Source: a virus | Strand: one strand, 5' to 3' | Virus record (IMG/VR): IMGVR_UViG_3300036770_003728 | Span: 1-64,000 of that record | DNA: 64,000 nucleotides | Shown here: positions 46,742-56,276 of the stretch, piece after piece | Layout of the letters: each line of letters starts with the position of its first letter | Position numbering within the stretch: the first letter of the stretch is position 1 | Position numbers and translations under genes: made by a program | Notes under the pieces: generated by a model | The model's database searches: none | The model's input: only the letters and a program-made list of their open reading frames with translations | Told to the model about the DNA's origin: nothing

Positions 46742-48115
46742 TTATCGTATCCCTGCTAATCGACGTATGTCGCCTACGTCGTCAGTGTTTTGAGCCTGTG
46801 TGGCTCTAGGATTGTTTTGATCTTGGTTTGGTACCACGCTGCCTATTTCTGGCATCATGCTTTGATACTCAGGATAGTTTTCTACAAACCAATCATCAAT
46901 AATTTTTCTAACATCGGCTTGTTCGCCTTGCGTTTGAGCAGCTTGGCTGATCAAATCAACCAGTTCTTCATTGTCGGTAACTGAGCTAATTGCTGCAATT
47001 GCATCCTGCCCATCACGTCCGGCCTTGATAGGCTCTTTCATAATGGTTTGTAACTGTTCTAAATCCGCTTCGCCTAGTTCTTCGTTGACCTGTTCGGCCC
47101 AATTACTAAATTGTTCTACGTATTTGGCTTCTCCGACTTGACGCTGTTGATAGGCCCGATATACATAGGGCAACGCTGTGGTAAGACGATCATCAAACAT
47201 CTTTTTCACAAAGCGTTCTTTAAGCTCATCAATGTCATAGTCATCTTCGATATTGGACTCTGGTATAAATGTTTCTGCAAACTCTTGATAATGACGAGTT
47301 TTTCCTAGTTTACCCAAATTGGATTTCAAACCACGATAACGCTCAATCGCGCTTTCAACCATACCGGTGGTTTCTGTATCTTCAAATTGACGATGGCGAG
47401 TGCTGCGTACAAAAAAAGCCAAATTATTCATTTCTTCGGCTATGCCTTGAATATGCTGCCCTGCTTCATCATAGATTTTACCGCCATGTGCTAAATGCTG
47501 TGCCATAGCACGACCCAGGCTTAGTTTATTGTAAGGCATACGAAAACGTTCGCCCTCAGCAGTTTCTACAAACATGCTTTCAATTTTTCGACTGCGGGCG
47601 CCCGGTTTGCTTTCATCAACTGCTTCACTATGGCGTACTATCAAACGAGTAGCACCAAACTCTTGTATACTGGTTCTTGTGGTACCATGCCATTGTACGC
47701 TTTCTACCACTGGACTATTGGCACTAGAATAGTTACTTTGCTGGCGTGCAGTGGTTTCCACATCTCTTTTGGTCAAACTGCTGCGATTAATATCGCGTAT
47801 ATCAAAGTTTAACATATTACGTCGAGCAAACTGTCGAAGATTACGAAGGAACTGTTGCCATTCTGATTCTTGCTCAGGTGTAAAATCCAGTGCCATACCT
47901 TTGCTGAACGTAGCTTTTAGGCTTTTGCCATCCAATATGTTTAATGTAATTGTTCCATGTTTTACACCATCACGACTTTTATAATCAAAGTTATAAAACT
48001 TTGCCTGCTGCGGGTCGTCAATAGTCTTGCCATTTTCGTCGCCAATGGTCACATTGTCGAATCTGCTGCGTATTTTATTAAAAAGCTCGTCGGCTATGGA
48101 TTCAATATTGTTCAT
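46742..48115 (-). CDS. Hypothetical late protein (probable head-associated)
   Basis: TAAATA upstream; ends DIRRLAGIR. Confidence 0.7.
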   Translation of the reverse strand: MNNIESIADELFNKIRSRFDNVTIGDENGKTIDDPQQAKFYNFDYKSRDGVKHGTITLNILDGKSLKATFSKGMALDFTPEQESEWQQFLRNLRQFARRNMLNFDIRDINRSSLTKRDVETTARQQSNYSSANSPVVESVQWHGTTRTSIQEFGATRLIVRHSEAVDESKPGARSRKIESMFVETAEGERFRMPYNKLSLGRAMAQHLAHGGKIYDEAGQHIQGIAEEMNNLAFFVRSTRHRQFEDTETTGMVESAIERYRGLKSNLGKLGKTRHYQEFAETFIPESNIEDDYDIDELKERFVKKMFDDRLTTALPYVYRAYQQRQVGEAKYVEQFSNWAEQVNEELGEADLEQLQTIMKEPIKAGRDGQDAIAAISSVTDNEELVDLISQAAQTQGEQADVRKIIDDWFVENYPEYQSMMPEIGSVVPNQDQNNPRATQAQNTDDVGDIRRLAGIR

Positions 48116-48129
48116 AATACTATATTTAG

Positions 48130-49695
48130 TTATATCATAATGAATGGCATGGGTTCGATGATTTCATCAAAACTGTCTTTTAATTTACTGTCGATGTCGG
48201 GATCAAAACTCTGCAATACCTGAGTCATCCGCACAGCCAATAACATACTCAATACTAGATCATCTGTTTCACCAATCTTAGCAGCAAAACTACCAGCTGA
48301 TGCTACAAAGTTTTTAAGTTCACTAATCAAGTTTCTGCTGTTTACAGTCATTTTTTTAGACTCAATCATGGTCTTAAGTTTGGCGCAAGCAGCTAGTTTA
48401 CTTTTGTTGGTGGTAGTGAAGCCTTTGCGATATCTACGACTTTGTCCAATTTTATGCGGTTCGCTCAAAAATAAACCACGAATATTTTCTTCGCCCAACT
48501 CACTTATGGTAATAAGTGCTGCTTCACCTAAGGTATTGTTTTCTACACTATAATAGATATTATTTTCAGATCCAGTGCATTCATTGATATAGTTACAGAT
48601 TTCTTTTAACACATTGATTTGACCTGGCACTGGTGTACGATTATGCTGCCATTCCGCCACTTGCTGACAACTAGGTAACTCTAGAACCTGAATAGCTGCC
48701 GGATCGCCGCCGGTGCCCAAGCTAGGATCAAGAGCCACAATATAGGTATTTTCCCTTGAAGGCTTTTTGTACCAGCGTATTTGCCCTTGACGTTCGATGG
48801 GTTCACGTCCTTCGAGGTCAATCAAGGTAGTTGGAGCAATTAGTGTTTCATCAAAAATCAAAAATTCACAACCAATCTCACGACGGAAACGATCGTCACC
48901 TAACTGTGCTCGCTGCTCTGCTGCCCATGTTTCATCTCTGTCAGGATGTTCGTTCCAGTGTGCTTGATATGCTTTGAACCCATTTATACCGAGCTCAGTG
49001 GGATTACCATAGCTATCTACACACTTATTGGCACCTTTCCATAGCTCAGCAAACTTGTCCTCATCGCTATTTGGCGTCGATGTGATAATAGCTTTACCAC
49101 CAGTGCTTAATGTTGGTGAGATGGATGTCCAGAATTCTTTGGCAATAGTAGGACGCACATAGGCAAACTCATCAGCATATAGTAAGGAGATACTCATACC
49201 ACGACCAGTTGTTTCTGTAGTTGTTTGTGCTACTATGCGTGATCCGTTGTCAAATTCTAAACTGCCTTTATTATAACTAGTAACACCGGCACGTATATGA
49301 TCTGGCACACTTTCGTAAGCATACCTAACACGCTGCATGATTTCTTGTGCGCCTGTATATTTGTGTGCGGCCACTAGAACTGTACTGTCTGGTATAAACA
49401 TAGCGTACCACAGTAGGTAGCCTGCTGCCGATGTAGTTTTACCAGTCTGGCGCGGCATTAGGCTGATACTAAATCTATAGTTGTGATATGTATTAATTAA
49501 TCGCGTTTGATATCCATATGGCTGGTATAACATTCTTCCACGCACAGGATGCTGTATGTAGAAAAAGTTACTCATAAAATATTCTGGCCCCGAATCGGGA
49601 TCTGCACAGGCCATAAACTCTCGAATCTGCTGTTCAGTAAATGATTCAGCAGTGTGAGGTTTTTTGATTAAGGTATAATCTAAGGGCTTGCTCAT
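48130..49695 (-). CDS. Terminase large subunit (gp17-like)
   Basis: PRQTGKTT, YADEFA, ITSTPN, ALDPSLG, VENN, DDLV. Confidence 0.95.
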   Translation of the reverse strand: MSKPLDYTLIKKPHTAESFTEQQIREFMACADPDSGPEYFMSNFFYIQHPVRGRMLYQPYGYQTRLINTYHNYRFSISLMPRQTGKTTSAAGYLLWYAMFIPDSTVLVAAHKYTGAQEIMQRVRYAYESVPDHIRAGVTSYNKGSLEFDNGSRIVAQTTTETTGRGMSISLLYADEFAYVRPTIAKEFWTSISPTLSTGGKAIITSTPNSDEDKFAELWKGANKCVDSYGNPTELGINGFKAYQAHWNEHPDRDETWAAEQRAQLGDDRFRREIGCEFLIFDETLIAPTTLIDLEGREPIERQGQIRWYKKPSRENTYIVALDPSLGTGGDPAAIQVLELPSCQQVAEWQHNRTPVPGQINVLKEICNYINECTGSENNIYYSVENNTLGEAALITISELGEENIRGLFLSEPHKIGQSRRYRKGFTTTNKSKLAACAKLKTMIESKKMTVNSRNLISELKNFVASAGSFAAKIGETDDLVLSMLLAVRMTQVLQSFDPDIDSKLKDSFDEIIEPMPFIMI

Positions 49696-49713
49696 ACTTT
49701 TACTTAGTAGAGC

Positions 49714-49983
49714 TTATTTTTTGTCTACTGGTTTTTCGCCCGTCAAATATGGTCTCGAGAACCAAAGTTTGAACCATTCAGGTGTACCTGGTTGAATATT
49801 ATGTTCTCGTTCTAACCGTTGTTTTTCCATACCAGTTTTGCTGATGTTTATGCCTGTCATAGATTCAACTCGAGGTTCTACACCGGCAAGACGTTGTAGT
49901 TCACGCAAATCTTGTTCGCTTAAGAAAGCATCAGGGACTTGTTCTTGTGGAACAAAGTCTCCTGATTTAAAGTATTTTTGCAC
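49714..49983 (-). CDS. Hypothetical protein
   Basis: LQRLAGV; IQPGTPEWFKLWF. Confidence 0.7.
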   Translation of the reverse strand: MQKYFKSGDFVPQEQVPDAFLSEQDLRELQRLAGVEPRVESMTGINISKTGMEKQRLEREHNIQPGTPEWFKLWFSRPYLTGEKPVDKK

Positions 49984-51851
49984 TATTGTTGATTTAAATT
50001 TGGGGAAGAAACAGCTCGCTGGAAACCAAACTTCCTTGCGTCATGACTACCAAATGCCATAGATTTATTTTTATTACCACTACTAGGAACATAAGCTACC
50101 GCCTTAGTTCCATTAATATCAAGCATTACTTTAGTAAAATTAGGATCTTTTTCAAATCTCTTATCCAAATCGTACTCTTTAAAATTAACCGCCACCTGCA
50201 TATTTTCTGCACCCGGAAAACCATCGACATCAACATAAAGATTCTGACCTCGAACTGTGTGCCCAATAGTCTTAACTTTAACAGCAGGCAACGAGGCATT
50301 TGCGGCCATTTTTTGCTGCTGTGCTTGTGCGACAGTCGGAAGCGGTGTATCTGGCGCAGCTCGTGCATCTCCGCCCATAGCACCTAGAGCTAGTGCTCCA
50401 CCTAAGGCAGCAGCACCTGCATACTTTTTACCTTTGGCTACCCAATCACGCCAGCCTGCTTCTAATAACGCTTCAGTGGGCCTAATTCCTTTAGACTCTA
50501 GTAAGGCACCAAACTGTCGCTTGAATTCAGCTTCACTTATTTTTTTTTTAGGTGGAGCTTTTTTATCAGCTACGGCCTTTTTCATTGGCTCTTTACGATC
50601 ACCATCTTTATCCATGTCTAGAAAATCTGGCTTGCCACCTTTTTTAGCTTCCGCCACACCTTGCTCTGGCAAATTAGGTTTACGATGTTTTCCATGTGCA
50701 TTTTTTATACTGCCTTTGAGACTGGTTATTTGATCTCTTGATGGAAGACCTTTTCTTGGTCCTCTTGATACTGGTTCACCTGTACCTAGGCGGCCAACTC
50801 CCTTTTCCAATGGATCTAGGCGATCATATTTGTCACCTACACCGCCCATTCTACGCTTTTGCCCCGGATCGTTTTCTGGACGCTCAGGAAAATCGTAGCC
50901 GTATCCGATGTCGTCATAATCGTCGCTGTCCCCGGGTTCTTGGGTATACAATTTGTCTTTGTACTTAGGATCACGCCATTTGGCCACTTCCGCTACATCT
51001 TTGCTGACTTTAAACTCAGCAAGAGCCTCGGTTAACTGTTTTTCTAACGCAGCCAACTCTTGGGCTTCACGCATGTTCATGGGATTGTCGCCACCTGAAA
51101 CCTTAGGGTAACTATTCTTGGGACGATTTAAGTCGTTGCCCTGTTGCATTTGAACTTCAACACCCTGTACTTCAGGTGCTGGTTCATTAGCATAAGCAGC
51201 TTCTTCCATTTCAGCATCATGGCTGGCACTTGCGGGTCCAGCAATACCACTGAGCTTGAGTAACTGTGCTAGTTGTTCAGCAGCTTGACCTTGCGCCGTT
51301 ACGGTTAGACTCTTGCTGCCTGTGCGTGTATCGGTGCTGGCATTGATGTTCATGCCCGACTCTTGTTCTTGCTGACCGCCCATCATTGCTTGATCATAGC
51401 ATTCACCTAGGCGCTCAATGCTTTCATTTTTCTTACTGCGTTTCCAGCTGGTAGCATAAAGCACTTCCATGCCTTTCTTTTTACCATACTGTTTAATAAA
51501 CTTGTCTTTGTTGCTCTTAACCCAATCTTCTTGACCAGGTGCAGCTTTTTCTTTTAATTCGCTTTCTTCGATGGTTTCTTTGTCATCGTCATCTTTTTCT
51601 TCGTCCTCAGACTCTTCTAAGTCATCTTCTTTTTCTTCATCTTTGTCATCGGACTCTTTGACTTGATACTTTTTACCATCGACTTCAAAATCTTTTTTAC
51701 CGGCGGCTTTGGCTTTGGCTAACTCACCAGAGAACTCATTGCCTTCTTGAGTATCTTCTTCGTCTACTTTCTTTTCTTTCTTACTACTTTCAGTGAGAGT
51801 TTGCTTTTTTTCAAGTTGACTCAACGTGGCTAGTATTTTAGCGAAATCCAT
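49983..51851 (-). CDS. Modular acidic prohead core/internal polyprotein
   Basis: Many (L/I/V)-x-E sites, acidic tracts, DMDKDGD, LLKLSGI. Confidence 0.6.
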   Translation of the reverse strand: MDFAKILATLSQLEKKQTLTESSKKEKKVDEEDTQEGNEFSGELAKAKAAGKKDFEVDGKKYQVKESDDKDEEKEDDLEESEDEEKDDDDKETIEESELKEKAAPGQEDWVKSNKDKFIKQYGKKKGMEVLYATSWKRSKKNESIERLGECYDQAMMGGQQEQESGMNINASTDTRTGSKSLTVTAQGQAAEQLAQLLKLSGIAGPASASHDAEMEEAAYANEPAPEVQGVEVQMQQGNDLNRPKNSYPKVSGGDNPMNMREAQELAALEKQLTEALAEFKVSKDVAEVAKWRDPKYKDKLYTQEPGDSDDYDDIGYGYDFPERPENDPGQKRRMGGVGDKYDRLDPLEKGVGRLGTGEPVSRGPRKGLPSRDQITSLKGSIKNAHGKHRKPNLPEQGVAEAKKGGKPDFLDMDKDGDRKEPMKKAVADKKAPPKKKISEAEFKRQFGALLESKGIRPTEALLEAGWRDWVAKGKKYAGAAALGGALALGAMGGDARAAPDTPLPTVAQAQQQKMAANASLPAVKVKTIGHTVRGQNLYVDVDGFPGAENMQVAVNFKEYDLDKRFEKDPNFTKVMLDINGTKAVAYVPSSGNKNKSMAFGSHDARKFGFQRAVSSPNLNQQ

Positions 51852-51852
51852 A

Positions 51853-52434
51853 TTATTTTCCTTTGGGACTTGGTTTAGAAATTTTAGTTGAGCCCACCGG
51901 ACTCAAACGACCTTGCGGCATGTCAATTGACTTTGAAGTTTCACCTTTGGCGGCTATGTCATACTTTCTAGTCAAAGTCTGTAGTTCTTTAAGCATACTG
52001 TCAGATCTTTGGTCACCTACTAGGTCTTGTGCGCTTTCTGTTTCTAGATCAGGATTGGTTAATATGCTGCCATCTTTACCTTTAACTGGTTCAGCTGGAC
52101 GATATTCATGTAACATTTCTTCGCGGCGAGTACGTACACAAACTTGTTTAGCAGCAATGCCTGCATGCTCAGCTACAAGATGTCTAATTTGTTCACCAAT
52201 GGTAGGATAAGTTAACTGGACTTCGAAGACCTGAACTTCACATGGCCCCATTCCTAAGAAATCAGCATGTTCTTGCACAGGTAATCTACGCCCTGCACGT
52301 ACTTCAACAACTTTGTACATGGCCAGAGCAGACTCAATTTGCTCACGCAATTTATCAGCTTGACAGTTGGCCACACGAATACTAAATTCGTAGATGGGAT
52401 TAATGTCAGCAAGATATTCTGTAAATGGCTTCAT
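51853..52434 (-). CDS. Hypothetical head-associated protein
   Basis: MKPFTEYLAD N-terminus; TAAATA upstream. Confidence 0.65.
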   Translation of the reverse strand: MKPFTEYLADINPIYEFSIRVANCQADKLREQIESALAMYKVVEVRAGRRLPVQEHADFLGMGPCEVQVFEVQLTYPTIGEQIRHLVAEHAGIAAKQVCVRTRREEMLHEYRPAEPVKGKDGSILTNPDLETESAQDLVGDQRSDSMLKELQTLTRKYDIAAKGETSKSIDMPQGRLSPVGSTKISKPSPKGK

Positions 52435-52472
52435 TTATTACAATCCTAATATGTTATATTTATATCTTTTGT

Positions 52473-52976
52473 TTACTTTTGTTCTTTGTTAGCTAAGATC
52501 TGTTTTAGTAACTCATTGCGATCTACTACAACTGCATGCCCATCAATTGCACTAACCGGTGACGACTCAGCTGTTTTAGCTGCTGCCTGATCTAACCGCA
52601 GTTTCTTTAATTGTAGGTCAATGGTTTTTAATTTTTTATCTATCTTAGCTTGTTTGGCAGTGATAGCATGCCCTAGTAATACTCCAGCAGTCTGTAGTAT
52701 TTGACCACTGAACCTAGCTTCTACATTCATACCTAAATTCATTAGTTCTTCAAACTTGTCCCGAGCCATGTCACTTAATTCGTCTAGCTCATCATCGGCG
52801 CTGTCTAATTCTCGAACCTGAGGAAGTGCTTGATCTATACGATCAACCAATTCTGTAGCACTAGCTAGTTGTTGATTGCGCTCAGCAAATAATTCTTTGG
52901 GGTCTATTATCTCAGGTGTGGGTTCGCCCTCTGGCATGTCAGGCAAATCAAATAGTTCTTCTAGTCGCTTGGTCAT
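52473..52976 (-). CDS. Probable terminase small subunit
   Basis: Helical hairpin plus C-terminal VVVDRNELLKQI; near terL and the gp4-like gene. Confidence 0.5.
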   Translation of the reverse strand: MTKRLEELFDLPDMPEGEPTPEIIDPKELFAERNQQLASATELVDRIDQALPQVRELDSADDELDELSDMARDKFEELMNLGMNVEARFSGQILQTAGVLLGHAITAKQAKIDKKLKTIDLQLKKLRLDQAAAKTAESSPVSAIDGHAVVVDRNELLKQILANKEQK

Positions 52977-52984
52977 ACCACTAT

Positions 52985-53422
52985 TTAGCGACGGCGAGCA
53001 GTGTTGGTATAGATTTGGTCTTCTGTTACTACTCTGAAGCGCATGCCGTACTGTTTACAAAATTCATTGGCAGCAGCCCATTTAGCTAAATTCAATGCCA
53101 CCGCAGCACGATCTCTGGTACTACGAGCTTCATCTAAATTTGTTTCTTTACGTGGCTTAACTTCAATTACTTCTGCATGTTTTTGTTGACTGCGATCTAC
53201 GTAAACCATCATAAAGTCTGGTACATAGATAGTATTACGTCCTGTAAATGGATTGCGATAAGGAACCATAAAAGGTTCACTAGCCCATTGTAGCACACTG
53301 GGATTATTGTCGCAAAACAACATAAAACTAAATTCCCAACTGCTACGATAAGTTGGTTCTTTGCGTCCTACATACTTTTCACGATTTTTTACAGTGTACT
53401 TGCCTTGGGCATACTTGCTCAT
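52985..53422 (-). CDS. Head completion nuclease (T4 gp4/TnsA-like)
   Basis: YRSSWE, WASE, YVPDF, IEVKP, KWAAA, VVTED. Confidence 0.9.
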   Translation of the reverse strand: MSKYAQGKYTVKNREKYVGRKEPTYRSSWEFSFMLFCDNNPSVLQWASEPFMVPYRNPFTGRNTIYVPDFMMVYVDRSQQKHAEVIEVKPRKETNLDEARSTRDRAAVALNLAKWAAANEFCKQYGMRFRVVTEDQIYTNTARRR

Positions 53423-53796
53423 GGCCTAATTAACCTCGACACATATTTGCTGGTCCTTGGTTTATTGTGTAAACCAAGAAAGCTACTGCCTACACGATTC
53501 AAATTCAAAAACATGGTAATATAAGCCAATGCCTCAGTGTCCTCTAAATTACGTAGACGTTCTATAATTTGCAAAGGATCCGAATTTTGCACTAAGCTGG
53601 TATAGATCACACTACTAGCAAGAAGTTCTGCACTAGCACGATTATTAGTGATTTTTTCAAAATAACCAATTACTATTTCGTTATCTGTACCACTAACAAC
53701 AAATCCAGGTTGATAGTAGTTATTAAAAAATGTCGCTGAACTTGAGGTAAGATCTGATCTTACACTGGTTTTATTGAGGTTACTGGGTATTGCCAT
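53419..53796 (-). CDS. Hypothetical virion protein
   Basis: Coupled ORF in the tail module. Confidence 0.65.
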   Translation of the reverse strand: MAIPSNLNKTSVRSDLTSSSATFFNNYYQPGFVVSGTDNEIVIGYFEKITNNRASAELLASSVIYTSLVQNSDPLQIIERLRNLEDTEALAYITMFLNLNRVGSSFLGLHNKPRTSKYVSRLIRP

Positions 53797-53797
53797 A

Positions 53798-55456
53798 TCA
53801 TCCTACAAAACGTTGGTTACTTACAGCTTGATTAAGTTGCTGTGTTTGTTCTGCTAATTGCTGACTTTGAGCAGCATATTCTGCTTGATTTTGCGATACA
53901 AGAGAGTTAGTCAACGATATTTGTCCTTGTAAATCCTTAATCACTGCATTCTTATTGTTTTGCCATTCAGTTAAATTAAAGCCTGGGGGAGGTACCATTG
54001 GAGGCGTAGCAGATGCAGCATTAGTTAATCGAGAATTCAAATTAGACAATTGGTTATTTAGAGCTTGTGTCTGCTGCTGAGTAGTATAAAGTTGTGCACT
54101 AGTCTCAGTGACTTGCTGCTGATATATATTAACTAGCTTTTGACTTTCTACAGCATTAGTAAAGGTGTTTATAGTTCGATTCTGTACGCCAGTAGGTCTT
54201 AATCCAGGTTGATTATTAATTAAATTCAAATCTGCACTGGCCTGATCAGGAACCACTGCGCCAGGATTAGCAGGTAGTCTAGAATTAACATTAGTCAAAG
54301 CTGGTACTGAACGTGCTTGTACATTTTGTGCCGGGCGACGCTGAGTGCGAGTCCCACCGCTGCCTACATATGGCAAGGATCCTGCGTTACGAATTCCAGT
54401 GTACTGACTGCTTACTATGCCATCTACACTAGACAACGTTGGCACAGTATATCCTGTACCGTTGTTTTGTTTCATATATTGATTTATGCTGTCAGTAATG
54501 ACTTCACCTGCGGTTTGTTCAATAAACCCGTTTAATTCACTAATAGCAGCACGTTTAACATTCATGTTCCTAGCTGTGTTTGCAGCTCTGGCTGTTTTGA
54601 ATATGGCACTAAGATAATCTTGCTCATTGATATCTGTTAAAATACTTTGACTCATATCTACTAAACCACCAGGACCAAATACACGATGTGTGCCGCCTGC
54701 GGTTACCAATGGGCTAGCTTGTGTATCGTAATGCAGATCAGCGAAACCCGGAGGGTTTCCAAAAGTCACTGACCCGTCGCTGTATAAAACATTTTCAAAT
54801 TCTATTACCATATCATGCTGCATGAGATTGGCATCACCACTGGCTTGATGTTGTCCATGTCTAAACGATTTAATAATAGGATTTAATAAAATGTATTCAC
54901 TGAATCTTTTTTGATGTAGACTATATAATCTCACACTGCGTAGATAAGGTTTATATGTGTCCGAGCGTCTGGTAAAACCAAAATTTCCAGTGGTTTGAGG
55001 TCTATACTTGTATTCTTGACTGTAAGTGGCATTACTGTGATCGCTGTCTCTAAAATAATACCTATAGTAGTCATACCAAAAATTACGAACTACGTTAGCA
55101 CTGTCATCGTGGAACTGTATGCTAATGCTTTCAAACTTAATTTTACTTTGAACTAAATTAGGTCTATTGTAACTATTATAAGTTTTAGTTTCAATGTTAA
55201 ATCTAGGTAAATCTGCTTGCTTGACCATCAAGCCAATTTCGCTTAGACTATTACGATTAATCATACTGAGATTACCAAGATCAGGATTTATGTCAAAGAA
55301 AACATGAAATAGAAATCCTTGCTTGGGTAATAGCCTATAGTTACTATCAACAAATAACCTGGTGGCGTGAGCATAATCACGCATGATATCGTCAATGGCT
55401 ATCTGCTTAAGACTACCAGCAATAGCTTGAATAGCAGGGTCAAATATACTAGGCAT
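53798..55456 (-). CDS. Tail-tube-fold baseplate protein with Gln-rich coiled-coil extension
   Basis: VKQADLPRF...YNR...ISIQFHDD...NPII...IEFE resembles gp19/gp48/gp54. Confidence 0.6.
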   Translation of the reverse strand: MPSIFDPAIQAIAGSLKQIAIDDIMRDYAHATRLFVDSNYRLLPKQGFLFHVFFDINPDLGNLSMINRNSLSEIGLMVKQADLPRFNIETKTYNSYNRPNLVQSKIKFESISIQFHDDSANVVRNFWYDYYRYYFRDSDHSNATYSQEYKYRPQTTGNFGFTRRSDTYKPYLRSVRLYSLHQKRFSEYILLNPIIKSFRHGQHQASGDANLMQHDMVIEFENVLYSDGSVTFGNPPGFADLHYDTQASPLVTAGGTHRVFGPGGLVDMSQSILTDINEQDYLSAIFKTARAANTARNMNVKRAAISELNGFIEQTAGEVITDSINQYMKQNNGTGYTVPTLSSVDGIVSSQYTGIRNAGSLPYVGSGGTRTQRRPAQNVQARSVPALTNVNSRLPANPGAVVPDQASADLNLINNQPGLRPTGVQNRTINTFTNAVESQKLVNIYQQQVTETSAQLYTTQQQTQALNNQLSNLNSRLTNAASATPPMVPPPGFNLTEWQNNKNAVIKDLQGQISLTNSLVSQNQAEYAAQSQQLAEQTQQLNQAVSNQRFVG

Positions 55457-55484
55457 TAATTGGTCCGTTTATGATATTTATCAT

Positions 55485-55510
55485 AAAAAAAGGGACCCTA
55501 AGGTCCCTTT
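55485..55510 (-). terminator. Rho-independent terminator after the tail tube gene
   Basis: AAAGGGACC-TTAG-GGTCCC-T-tract. Confidence 0.88.
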
Positions 55511-55527
55511 CTACTAGGCCAAACTAT

Positions 55528-56154
55528 TTATAGTGTGACGTTATCGCCTAGCGTACGACCAACGTCCATACCAACACCAAGTGGTTGGCCTGACTCATTG
55601 GTTTGGATAGCATTATCAAAACGCAGTGTAAGCTGAATTGTCACTGGGTCATTGTTAGCATAATTTAGTTCCTGATAGTTGGCTTCTTTGATATAGCAAC
55701 CATACAGCATCCATGTTTCTAATACTGTGGGCTCATACGCACCGTTACCACCATCTAACATTTCGCAACGTGTAACAAACTTATAATCACTACCAGAACT
55801 AGCACTGGCTTGTTCCATAAAGTCAAACTGTTTCTGTAGTTGCTCACCAACGATACGTGTAACATTGCCACCAGCATCGTCACGTATGGTGCAACTTACA
55901 TCGCCCCAGGTGTGCTTGCCAGCAATACGAACCACACTGTTATAAACATGTAGGTCAGTATCAGCAAAACTCAGTGTTGGACGATTGAAGCTGGCAACTT
56001 GTTTAGTTAACTCAACTACGTCTGCACTGACGCCAATGCCTTCAAAACTCACGCGAAAACGATATTGTAATTTGGGCATTAACAAACCTTGTGTGCTGGC
56101 TGTTTGGTTTGTTTTTAGCGGTACTGTAAATCTACTTAGAGAGGCAAGTGCCAT
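55528..56154 (-). CDS. Tail tube protein (gp19-like)
   Basis: PKLQYRFRV, AGKHTW, LYGC, LTLRFD; follows the sheath gene. Confidence 0.88.
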   Translation of the reverse strand: MALASLSRFTVPLKTNQTASTQGLLMPKLQYRFRVSFEGIGVSADVVELTKQVASFNRPTLSFADTDLHVYNSVVRIAGKHTWGDVSCTIRDDAGGNVTRIVGEQLQKQFDFMEQASASSGSDYKFVTRCEMLDGGNGAYEPTVLETWMLYGCYIKEANYQELNYANNDPVTIQLTLRFDNAIQTNESGQPLGVGMDVGRTLGDNVTL

Positions 56155-56230
56155 TTCAATCTCCTAATTCTATAAAGATATTTATCATTTTCGGTCCGAA
56201 ATTTTCAGGCCATTATATACTAGTTTAATC

Positions 56231-56258
56231 AAAAACAGGCACTATAGTGCCTGTTTTT
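56231..56258. terminator. Bidirectional terminator after the sheath gene
   Basis: AAAAACAGGCAC-TATA-GTGCCTGTTTTT. Confidence 0.88.
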
Positions 56259-56276
56259 GTCTACCAGCTAGACCAC

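Noticed and set aside
2127-49695. Introns or inteins in nrdA, nrdB, helicases, uvsX or terL
   Set aside because: All are uninterrupted and of ordinary length
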